A stretch of 64,000 nucleotides of DNA from positions 9,548,001-9,612,000 of the forward strand of contig OZ176053.1 of assembly GCA_964247055.1 (NCBI GenBank). Direction: 5' to 3'. The notes below the pieces were generated by a model. That model searched no databases. It was not told the DNA's origin and was given only the letters and a program-made list of their open reading frames with translations. Of this stretch, positions 51,846 to 63,365 are shown piece by piece (positions within the stretch are counted from its first letter, which is position 1; each line of letters begins with the position of its first letter). The stretch is from Paragordius varius (Eukaryota; Animalia; Nematomorpha). The position numbers were made by a program, and so were the translations under genes.

Positions 51846-53737
51846 TTGATTATATTGTTGGAAACAGGCGTCTTAAAAATAAAAGCACAAAGAGGGTTAG
51901 AAAAATATTTCGGAATTATGTTTAAATCCCTCACAATGCTCGTTTTCCAAAGGAGTATTGATAAAATTTCGAAATATTATATTCGTAATCTTCTATTTTA
52001 AAACTCAATACTATCCGACTTAAGGGACTTTTAACGACTAAGCTCTTAAATAAAAACCTTTTTCCATTTTAAATTTAAGAGCAAACAGCAATTATAGTTT
52101 TATTGGTAAGAGAAAAGCTGATTTCGTTTAGTATAGATAGGTTTACGGATATCTCAAATTTATTTTTAAGGTAGTGGCTGTCTTTTGTCACGCATCCCGG
52201 AGAGTCATTTGACATATATTTTTTTATTAATAACAAAAGGATTATGAATTTTAAAACATAAAAATTTTAACCATGATGCGTGTTCCCTTTTACCGAATAA
52301 TTGCTTCAGAGTAAACATTTTACGTTTGATAAATACATTCATTTATTCAATTTCCATTCACGAATTTTAAAATTGTTATATATGGATTATCGGAATTTAT
52401 ATAGAAAATATTTGATTGTCATTCGAATAAAATAAATATTATGGCTTTCCAACACTCAATTTGTCGAACTTGACCAATCTAAAATAAAAAATAGTATTAA
52501 ATGTATTTGAATTTGGATCACGGGTGTATATGATTATATTTAATTAATAATATTGCATTAAAAGGGGTTAAAAACCCTTATTGTGCGCCAAATTTTGGGA
52601 CCAAAAACAAACATAGTTATAAATGTAAAATAATAATACCACTAAGTCTATAGGGGAAAAAACCAAAAGTCCTCGTTATTTAAATTATGCGCATTTTACA
52701 AAAAACAGCTAAAGGGGGAAAATTCCGAAAAATTATGCGCATAAACAAATTATTATAAAATTTTTGTGTTATCATCTCCTATAATTTTTACAAAATCAGA
52801 ATTTATTACGTCTAATTTCACCCATTTATGATTTTAATTTCGTTTTATTTTTTGCAAATCGTTTTAAAGAACCTAGCCCAAACTAAACCACCCAAAAAGA
52901 AGGTGTACCACGAAGTTCTAAAGCTTGTTAAATTAACTACAATTAAATCTCTTAAATATCAATGTTATGTATCTTTATAAAATGAAGAAGATAAGTAATT
53001 TTGAATTAAAGATGTCTCTGTAAATAAAATGTCTTAATATTCGAATTCAATTAGGGTTTGTATTCAATTTATTAGAGTTCTTTATTTTTATTTGAACAAT
53101 ATAGATCAGTCCCAGAATTTTAAGGATTTTGTAAAAAAAAGCAGAAATTTAAATTTTTGGAGAAAAAGAGAACGATGGGAAACTATGCCAAAAGCTCTAA
53201 AAAGACTTTGTTACCAGCTCTTTATGTTAAATTTGGGTGCTATGAATTATAAAATGGTGAACTATTTAATAATTACAAATAACTCATTAAAATATCAAAT
53301 TTGCACACAGGCATCAGATTTCGTTAAAAAATAGATAAAAATAAAGTATAACAAAATAAAATTTGTTATGATATCTAATAGTAAAGAGAAAAAGTATCAA
53401 AAAAACGGTAAAGGGTAAAATAATCAAGAGTTAATTTAAAAAGCTACCATTTCAATGTTTTATGTATCCTTCTAATATTAATAAAACTTAAAATATTTGA
53501 TCCAAACTTACTTAAAGTTAATTATTTGATTAAACTCATCGTAAAATGAAGTAACCCTATTTTATTAAAAAGATGGTATGTTGTTTTATAAAATCCAAAT
53601 CGGATCAAAAAATGTCACCGGCTAATTTGTCAACTAAATGATATTAAGATAATAATGAATCTTAACTAATTCGAAACTGGTGGAAAACTAAAATGCTATC
53701 TATAAATATTCTATCGATTATTATAAAAAAATATCGA

Positions 53738-54464
53738 TCATAATAATAAAGCTAATAAATACGGAGCAAGTTGATCGGAAAACGTTTTGATCGTCTCCAT
53801 CAATATTTTCTAGGATATTAATCAATAACAAAACTTGTCCTGGAGGAGCGATCATACTAAACTCTATGAGATAATTATTGGATATGGGTTCCAGATTTTC
53901 AAAATTATTTGGTCTTATCATCTTTATTAGCATATATATTATTGAATACTTTATATATTTTTGATATTACAATTTTTAATTTTCCTTTATTGAACAGATA
54001 ACCTTTGCATATGTATTCATATTCTTGTCTTTTCTATATATAAATAATTAATAACCTAAAACCCAAATCGAAATAAAATGAAAGAGCGTTGGGACTAGCA
54101 GGAACATCTATGGATGTTCGATAATATACGATAGAATTTTTATCAGCAAATTCAATAGGACCTTGATAACGAATATAATGAGGAGCATTTGTAAATGACA
54201 AAGATCTACGAATTTTAATCTTAAAAGTATTTGAGAGCCCAGAACCGTGAGTTTCGTTTTCAATGAAGCATTAAATAAAAACATACTAGAAATTAAAATT
54301 AATCCCGTTTCATAGTCTACAAACTCATTTACCGCAGAAGTTTTTCCATCACAAATACCCATGAGTTTTTGTATGACCATATCTAAATCCTTTTCCAAAA
54401 TGAGTCCCTGTGTAAAATATTCTTGCGGCTGTGCAAGATTTGGATCAAAAATATCTGTCAGCAT
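53738..54464 (-). CDS. MED18: Mediator subunit 18. Exons 54464-54287, 54260-54056, 54028-53950, 53921-53835, 53809-~53738 (last codons uncertain)
   Basis: Spliced translation: QEYFTQGLILEKDLDMVIQKLMGICD...FVDYE...KIRRS...HYIRYQG...DKN...RTSIDV...DLGFRQEYEYICKGYLFNKGKLKIVISKIYK...EPISNNYLIEFSMIAPPGQ...KTFSDQLAP. This is colinear with MED18 as I remember it (EYLLQG...LRGLCD; GFR..EF..KG..F.KG; YLVELSVVAP.GQ; FAEQLKP). The model needs four 25-28 nt introns. Confidence 0.88.
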
Positions 54465-54501
54465 GGTTATTGGTGCATTCAATTTAACTGGTGTTTTACA
54501 T

Positions 54502-55880
54502 ATGGATAGCAAGGAAATTTTTTTGAAAGGAGCATCGTCGAGAGACCCTCTGAACTTGGAAAATTCTTTACCAAAACACAAAAATTATAATAAAGATCCC
54601 TTAATAATACCATCAATCGTTAATGTTAAGAATCCTTTGAATTTAATTTTAAATTATGAGGTTAAAAATAATACGAAACCCCCACCTCGTAAAAAAAGAA
54701 AATCAGATTTTTTATACACAAATAATTTTTTTTATGGAAGAAAAACTGAAAAAACCAAAACTGTATTTACATACGGGAATTACCCTGGCTATTATAATTA
54801 TCGGAATCCAAATACAGCCAATTATGGACCTGATGAAATGATTGATCCTCGGCTCTATGTAATACACAAGGATTGGATTATGAATAAAAAAATATTAGAT
54901 GTTGGATGTAATGACGGCTCAATCACCATCTTTATTGCCAAAAAATTTAAACCATCTTTGATTGTTGGCCTAGACATAGACAATAAATTAATAAAAAAGG
55001 CTAAATATGAAATATTACGGCAACTTGAATTGGATAAATCTCACATCAAACATCCAGTTCGCAAAAATTTATCCAAAGCTCATCTATATCCCTTGTTTAA
55101 TACCGTGACCCAAGATAAATTTCCTTACAATGTTGAATTTGATACGGTAATTCTCATTGAAATTTATGTTAGCTTTGGTAAATATTTTTTAGTAAATGAT
55201 TTTTTTATCAATAGATTAATTATGTGCCAGAGTGTCCCGAGTTATTGGCCTTACAGCATAGTGAATATGATGTAATCTTCCTCCTCTCAGTTTCAAAATG
55301 GGTTCATTTTAATTGGGGCGATACCGGTTTAAAACTTACATTCCAGCGAATCTACAAACAATTGAATCCCAAGGGATTATTTGTGTTTGAGCCACAAGAA
55401 TGGGGAAGCTATCTTAAAGGGAAGAAAAAGGTTATGATCCATGAAAAATAATGAAAAAAATATATTTAGTATATAAATAGTTTCATTTATTACCCATATA
55501 TTTTATAGAATTCGATTAATTATTTACTTATTTTTAGATTTTAATATTATATTTGTAGACTGGTCACCTTCTATCCCACATCAAATTTAAACCAGAACAA
55601 TTCAAATCATACCTTTTACACGAGGTTGGATTCAATTATGTTAAAGCTTTTCTCCCATCCAAGCCTCATGGAAGTATTATTGACAATTATACTCTTTTTA
55701 TATTAGATAGTCTTTTAATCATTGTTAAACTTTATATTTACCATTTAACTTTTAGCTGGGTTTTCTCGCACAATTTATGTTTATGTCAAATGTGATAAAT
55801 CAGAAGTCGAAAAGTATGTCTGTGAAAACAAACTTGAGGGTGGAGAATATGCAATATCCAAACCGACCGAAATAAGATAA
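54502..55880 (+). CDS. MEPCE: 7SK snRNA methylphosphate capping enzyme (bin3/BCDIN3 family), ~366 aa. Exons 54502-55146, 55215-55430, 55559-55673, 55756-55880
   Basis: Motifs [13 protein letters not shown] (N-terminal DPLNL), [65 protein letters not shown] and GFSRTIYVY. Phase-consistent GT-AG introns. The start could be further upstream (54361). Confidence 0.93.
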
Positions 55881-55973
55881 TTTTAGAGAATGATTAGATA
55901 ATCATAATAATATTTAAGCATATATTAAATAAATTTAATTTTAAAACATAGCTGTGTTGTTAGCGTGGGTAAC

Positions 55974-56275
55974 TTATTGAGGAATTTTGATGTTTTCTTG
56001 TTTTTTCCTGTATATTGATTCTTCTGTGGTAAATTTTATGGCTCTTTTTAATGAGATTGCAATATATATGGTAACAGCTAATGAAAAAGGTTGTAAAGTT
56101 ACGAGAGCTATATATAATACTAATTTAAAAAAGTTTTTTTCATTTATTTGGCTAAAATCTATTACGCAGTGCACGAAATCGGGAAAAACATCCCGATACA
56201 ATTTTGTATTATGATCATTAAATGCATCAGGATTCTCGGCATACGAGTTATAAGAAGTCACATCTATTATGGTAT
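55974..56275 (-). CDS. Putative terminal exon of an unidentified gene with one predicted TM segment, convergent on MEPCE
   Basis: 95-aa open frame with coding-like composition and a hydrophobic run (FFKLVLYIALVTLQPFSLAVTIYIAISL) followed by KR. I do not recognise a family. Confidence 0.35.
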
Positions 56276-56357
56276 ATGTTCTCCATTAAAAAATAGCCGT
56301 TATGTTTAGTGAATAGATGCTTCATTAAGAAAAGTTTCATTATTTTTTATCATAAAA

Positions 56358-56693
56358 TATACCATTTACAATTCAAATTCACCATTATACAATTCAAATT
56401 CACCCTTAAACAATTCATATTCACCCTCGAACAATTCAAATTTACCCTCAAAACATTATATGTTTCTTGAGATTAAAAACCTATATTTTTATATATTTAA
56501 CAAATAAAATTTTGTTTCAAGTTAAAATAATACTGAAAAAATAATATATGACATAAAAATATATTTTGTATCAATAATGAGTTATAGTTCGAAAACACAA
56601 TTTATTTTTAGGGTGAATTTGGATTGTTCAATTTGAAATGTTCGAGTGAAAATTTAAATTGTTCAAGGGTGAATTTGAACTGTAAATGGTATA
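56358..56693. mobile_element. Small TIR element with 21-bp subterminal tandem repeats
   Basis: TATACCATTTACAATTCAAATTCACC ... GGTGAATTTGAACTGTAAATGGTATA. Both arms carry 4-5 ACAATTCAAATTCACCCT-like units. Confidence 0.8.
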
Positions 56694-57099
56694 GATAAAA
56701 GAAAAAAAATATTTTACATAAGAATAATTTGACTCATAAATTTGTTAAATTAAAAAATATCCAAAATTTTCTATACATGGTGTATCTTTTTCTATAAATG
56801 AACCATAATAAAATATATTAATATAAAAATGATAAAATATAATAAGGAAATAAGATGTGTCAATGTCCATGTGGTTTTCTTTTTTAAGTGGATCGCTCAA
56901 TACCTCAAAGTAATCAGATATTGTCAAAAATTGTTTGAATATGTTATTAATTGGTTAATGAGATTCTAATTCAAATGTGAGCTCTGAAAGTAACATTTTG
57001 GATTCTTTTTGATTTGAAATGTGTTTGATCAATTTTTTTGTAAGAAATGGTAGGTATACTAGACAGGAATAACAGCGATCCAGATATAGTTTGGTCTCA

Positions 57100-60050
57100 G
57101 GTGACTAAAACAGGGAGGGGGGTTTCTGTAAAAGGAAAGGCGGAATAAATTGGAAATCGCGAGACAAAAAAAGCTTTTAAAATGTGGAGATTTACCCACC
57201 AAACAAAAGACAATGAAAAATAAAGGGATTAATAAGTAATTTAAAAAGCTTGTGAGAAAGCTTAAAAAAGGAAACGGAATGACCTCATGAGGAGCTAGAT
57301 AGTAAGCAAAGTCTTGTTAAGGTTTTCAAAATCGGTCGACAAAGACATAAAAGAAAGCCAGCCTTGTCCCCTTATGCGACCGATATTAATGACAAAAACG
57401 GTAAATAAGTCATAGATGAAGGGTCTAAGAGGTGGAAGAAATTTTTCGAGGACCTTGAATTGGGCTTCAAAACGAATTTACTCGAAATATCAGATTCTAT
57501 CTGCGCAAATTTAATGTAATATTAAAGAAAAAATCCAGGTTGGTTCAGAAGAGATATCTGTAAATAAAGTTGCAGGTTCTGACGATATTAATAAAACTGT
57601 TGGAAAATAATGTTAGCGAATGATATTGAATATTAATAATATAGTTATTACAGGTATGATATTCGAATGGAAGGACTTTCACTGTTTTCATTTTTGAGGG
57701 TAAAGGAGGCATCGATGATTTAATAACAAACGGATAAAAGGGATGTCTCATACAAAGAAATTATTTGAGAAAGCACTATAAAACCGAAAAATGATAAGTA
57801 TATAATAAATTTGATTTCATGTAAAGTCCATCATCGATCCGATTTACGCAGTTAAAAGGTAAATTGAAAAGCAGGAGTTGCGTCAAATTTTAATCTTAAA
57901 AGGATTCAAAATATACCATGAAGTACAACATGGTAAAGCTTAAGACAAAAGCAGGACTCTCCCATCATACCAAAGTTAAAACACATCAATGTCAGATCCT
58001 ATTGAAACACTGTGACTCAAAAATGGGGATCACAAAATAAAGCCTAATGAATCTTATATCATCCGATAGCTAAAGGGTATTGATTATCGAAATGATACAC
58101 GCGGTTAAAATACAAGAAAAAAAGTTATTTTAATTTATCTGCTGTAGACAAAATTAAAAAATCGTATTTTTACCTATTAGGTCTAATAAAATTAACTACA
58201 ATAGATAAAAACGTAGAATAATTTTAAACGAAGAGAGGGTCCCAGAAGGATTAACATGAATATAACCTAAAAATTGCCCTTTTACGTCAAATTTGAATCA
58301 TAAAAACTTGTTAAGATGCGGTAAAATATTTTATTTTTTATAAAAACAATCACATATCTTTATATAAAAAGTTTACTAAATATATCGCCTTCAAAAAAAA
58401 TTCCGACCTTATATAAAAATAAAATTATTTTTGGATAATTTACACCAAAGTGGAAGCTGCGTATAATTTTAACAAAACAATTAATATATATGATAAATAC
58501 TTTTTCCATATTCGATGCAGAAAAATAATCTATCATCTCAGATTTTTATTTAGGGAATTTTTCACCCTAAAATCTTGATTATATATTTGGCGCCACAGGT
58601 TTTAGGGTAAAATAATTCTTTAAATAATCTGAGATGATAAATCTTTTTTCCTGCATCGAATAATATGGAAAATATAATTATAAAATTTATTAAATATTAT
58701 GTTAAAATTATACGCAGCTTCCGCTTTGGTACATATTATCGGAAAATTTTCTTTTTTATATAAGGCTTGAATTTTTTTAAAGGCAATATAATTACTAAAC
58801 TCTATATATAGAGTTAATATATGATTCTTTTAATAAAAATTAAATATTTTACTGCATATTAACAAATTTTTATGATTCAAATTTGACGTCAAAGGGCGAT
58901 TTTTTAGCTTATATACTAGTAGATCTTTGTGGGACCCTCCGAAAAAGTGAATAATCTTTTTTGATATTTTACGTATAGAATTATCCTTGTGCTATTTTTG
59001 AAATGAAATTTTGTTGACGCATTTTCATCTATTGTAACTAATTTTTTTGATTAATATGCGATATGCGATTTTTTGATTTTGGCTAACAAAAAAGTTAATA
59101 AATTTATTTTCTAGTATTTCAACCGCATATATCATTTCGATATTCATTATCCTGAATAACTATCGAATGATATATGATTCATTCAGCTTTATTTTTTGCT
59201 GCGCACCCTGAAATAAGCCAATGTATAGGGGTCAGCAATCATTCTATTGATTCTTCATATGCATGGACGTAATATCAAAAGAAGGAAAATATTGTGGTGG
59301 CTGGTATTTGCTTTATTCAGATGACCTAATAGTTTTGTCATATTCAGACTTCCATAAATTGAAAGAATTAGTGAGCATATGGATTGTTCTATTACAATGG
59401 TGCCGTTTAAAAGATATACAAGAAAACGCATATAAATTTTGTTGGGAAATAGCAAGAAATATTAGAAGAAGATTGGGTAAAAGGTCAGGAGGAGTGAAAA
59501 ATTTAGGCGATTTTAGCAGAATATGGTTTAGCATATAATTTCAAAATTCGAAATAGTTTGGCAAATTATAAAGAGATCTCAAATGTTTTATGTAGTAAAA
59601 ATATTGATTTAAAAGTTTAAAGTAAGGTTTAGAGTGCTGATGTAGAGCCAACAACGTATAACTCACAGCTATGGGCACTAAAGAAATCAGAAGAAAAGCA
59701 CTTTGATTTTTGAATCGAAAATGCTTAAATTGATGTGTGATGTAACTGGTAAAGAGAAAAGAGAAAAGAATCGACAAAGAATACAAACCGACAGCACAAA
59801 AGATGATGTTAAATCGTCTTAGATGGTTTGGACATATGAGGGGAAGAGATGGTAACTATATCGGTAATATTGATGAATATATTGTGGAAGGTAAGAGGGG
59901 AAGTAGGCACACTAAAATACGATATATAGATACGGTTAGAGATATGGCAAAAACTGAACCTAAAACGCGTCGACGCCATAAACAAGGTTCTATGGCGAAA
60001 TATTTTACGAGTATGATAAAACTGCTCGAAAGAGTCATATAATTTAATGT
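57100..60050 (+). mobile_element. Decayed RTE-like non-LTR retrotransposon, split by a foldback insertion
   Basis: Relics include KVAGSDDI, IFEGKGG...GMSHTKKLFEK (~57570-57780), GVSN...CMDVI...LLYSDDLIVL (59220-59340, YADD-like) and RLRWFGHM...VEGKRG (59803-60042). Confidence 0.75.
58030..59200. mobile_element. ~1.2-kb foldback (near-palindromic) element
   Basis: Arms are mirrored about a ~30-nt spacer near 58570-58600, for example ACGTCAAATTTGAATCATAAAAA vs TTTTTATGATTCAAATTTGACGT and GGAAGCTGCGTATAATTTTAAC vs GTTAAAATTATACGCAGCTTCC. Confidence 0.8.
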
Positions 60051-63000
60051 AATATATTAAATACACAACTTATGTAAAACTTAAATTTTTAGACAAACGA
60101 ATCTTTTTTTCGACAATCAGAGGTGATCTCACCATAATTGAATTATATAAAAACAGCAATTTATAGCGAACATGTTTCAAAAATCTTCGAGAACTCCCTT
60201 CACCAAAGTTTTGGTAAATAAATTAAATTTTTAAAATATCCTTTCGGATAAATTTTTCATTTTTAAATTTAGCTTATACAAAATTTTAATCTCGCAACAC
60301 CGGCATTTTTACGTTTAGTTATGGATAACTTTCCAATTTTAGAGGAGTGCATTTCAGGCTTATGAGGCCCTCAATTAAATTTAAATATAAAATATTGTGT
60401 AGTCTATGAATATTTTAGTGATATTTTTTAAAATGGAGCATTTAGGTAGCACTTAAATAAATATTATTTATCAAAATATATGCAATTTTTGCCATTTTCC
60501 TATGTGGGAAAGTTACCATGAAACTAGAAGTAATAACCTTCTTATATCAGCTGAACAAAAGCATCATAAGAATTCGGACACATTTATCTCCCAGAATATC
60601 TATACACAGTATACGAAATCGGGGGTCATGGAAAAATATCTCTATATTTTGATAGAAAAATGATCAGGACTATCATGGTACTTTTGGTTTTGGCCCTTAG
60701 AAGTGATATAAAAAAGTTACACTTTTATGCTTAGTGGTCCATATCACAAAATGGCAAACATTGATCTTGTAAAAAATGTTTTTGATTAAAGCTTAATGCT
60801 CCAAAAATATTACTATAATACATCATAAACTAGTTATAAAAAACAAAAATATTTTAATTTAGATGGGGGCTTTAAAAGTATACTTTTTTATTTTTCTAAA
60901 ACGGGTAAAATAAAAGCAAAAATCCTTTGCAATAAAATGTTTAAATATTTGCTAAATTTAACATCAAGAAAAAATATTTAAAATATGCATACTTTTAGAA
61001 ATATTCAATTTTAGCAAAATTTCGTTGAATTAATTCCTCTTATTTTTTACGATGAAAACAGTATATAAACACTTTTATATGTAAAAACACTTTTTCTATA
61101 TAATTAGATGATTCTGAACATTCCTATCGCTTCAGAATTTAATTCCAAGACTCGGTTACTTTTTAAATTTCGGTGAATTTTTATAACCCTAATTTATATT
61201 ATCATAAATTTGAAGACAACGAATATTTTTAACCAAATCCTGAGGTAGAAAGAAATGTTCAGCATCATCATATATTGAGTGCTATTATAATATCTATAAG
61301 CGTTTTCATCATGCCTAAAAAGGAAAAGTATGCTTAACAATTTTGCTAAAAATTCAATTTTTGTAAAATATGTACTTTTTTAAAAAAATAATATTTTGAT
61401 GTCAAAATTTAGCATAATTTAAAAATTTTATTGTAACCCCGCATTTTTGCTTTTATTCAGCAGAGCTAAAAAAATTGGTACTTTCGCGCCCACATCATTA
61501 AAATATTATAAAAATATTGTGTTGCTATAAGTAGTATGTTATATTTTAGGAATTTCATGCTTTCATAAGAAATTTTTAATAAAAAAATGTGTGATTTCCT
61601 TTTTATGATCGGAGCCCTTACCATATTAAATAGCTTTTTTATATCACTCCTAAGCCCCACCAAAAGCACCAAGAGATTCCCGATTTTTTATCTATCGATA
61701 TATATAGTGCGAATAAAACTAACCAATTGGCACTTAGCTTTTCACTGTTTGGTCCAAGTGGACTAATTTGGGTAGTTTAAAAGAGCTAAATTTGAAATGA
61801 ACTAGGGTGTAAACTTATTTTAGCTAAAATTAGATTTCCAAACATTGTCATGAGATTTGTGATTTCTAGAGTATAAAAATGGGACAGCGCTAAAACACGA
61901 TTGAAACGCAGCTGACATACAACAAAATATACATCAGGTTGCTGGTAAAATGTAGCCTGAAAGCTTTTAAAATTTCCAAACATAATATGCAAATTTACCT
62001 GATGCATCATTCGAATTGTATCTAAATATCGCAGACTATACGCAAGTTGATATTTTTAAAAAACTACAGAAAGAAACAGTCCCAATTTAAATTTATGCTA
62101 TCCTTATAAAAATTATACAGAGCTAAAATATCTAAATAAAATTTAGTTTTGAAACAACCATATCAAACTACTCCGACGCCATTTTTTACAACATTTTTAC
62201 AAAATGTCAGGTTTATTTATGGTTAATTCTTAAATTAAGGCTAATTTTTAGAATAAATCTCATATAATATTAATAGCAGGTTTATTTTTAATATTTTTTA
62301 ATTTTGGTTATGCACAAATGTCCTGACTAAAGTTTTAGCTTTGGGCCTTTCTATAAAACAAGTAATATCTTAAATATTTTTATATTTTAGTTCATTAATG
62401 TTATATAAGTGCAAACCCATACCATGGTTTCGATTCCTTCCATACTTTTGAAGTATTCATTTTAAACAGGCCTGGGATAACCAAATACCACAATTTGCAT
62501 CGAAGGACTGAAACGAATGCGTTACCAAGTGTTATATACAACAAAGTTATAATTGTCTTAAAAATAATATAAATACCGGATAAAAAATAATTAACAAAAT
62601 TTTTTTATTTTTTAGAATAATGGTTTTTAACACTTATACAATTCGATTCAAGGGGGGATTTTAATTACCAGATTATATTTGGTTGGTATTTTTAATAAAA
62701 TAAACGGTCTCAATATAAATTTATTCTTCTATCCTACTATAAATTATAAAATTAAGTTAAAACATCTAAATAAAATATAGTTATTATAAAAAGTTTCGCA
62801 TCGAAATACTTCGGCACTTTTTCACATCATTTTTGAAAATATCGTATTTTATTTTAAAGCTAAAATAAATTTTTTTGGAACACATCTAACATTGATATAA
62901 GAAATACTGTTTATTTTATATTATTTTTAAGATTATAATGCAATGTTATGTTGACTAATTTTTTACCTTTGGTTTTCGCGTTAAAATTAGTAATATCAAG

Positions 63001-63226
63001 TATTTTTAAATAATTTTTTTTATGTTTATTAATGTTATTTTGCAAATGCCATTTTAATTCCTTCCAATTTTTAAAGTTTTTGATTTTTAACAGGCCTATC
63101 TAACTACAATTTGAATCGAAGCACTAAAACGAATGTCTTGTATCCAACGGTTGATTTATTTTATAAAATGCCTGGTTTAGACGTTTCCATTGATAAACAC
63201 ATCTGTCAACCATATGTGCTTTTGTA

Positions 63227-63365
63227 ATGTTGATTACGGTTGATCGCTGCTGCCCTAAAAAGGTATTTTAAATCTTATAACAAATTTTTAATTTTACTTT
63301 ATAATTTAGGATAATCAAGCAAACAATGATGCATTAGATCCTGATTTTACCAATTCTACGGACAG
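63227..63365 (+). CDS. Possible first two exons (63227-63262, 63310-63365) of an unidentified gene
   Basis: ATG...MLITVDRCCPKK|DNQANNDALDPDFTNSTD with a 47-nt GT-AG intron in phase 0. No homology recognised. Confidence 0.25.

Noticed and set aside
54108-54581. 157-aa minus-strand ORF as a single-exon gene overlapping MEPCE
   Set aside because: Only 54464-54287 matches MED18. The remainder is read-through of intron 1 into a wrong frame, plus an upstream extension from a non-ATG start.
61600-62060. Minus-strand open frames with splice-like signals
   Set aside because: No consistent exon chain or recognisable domain.
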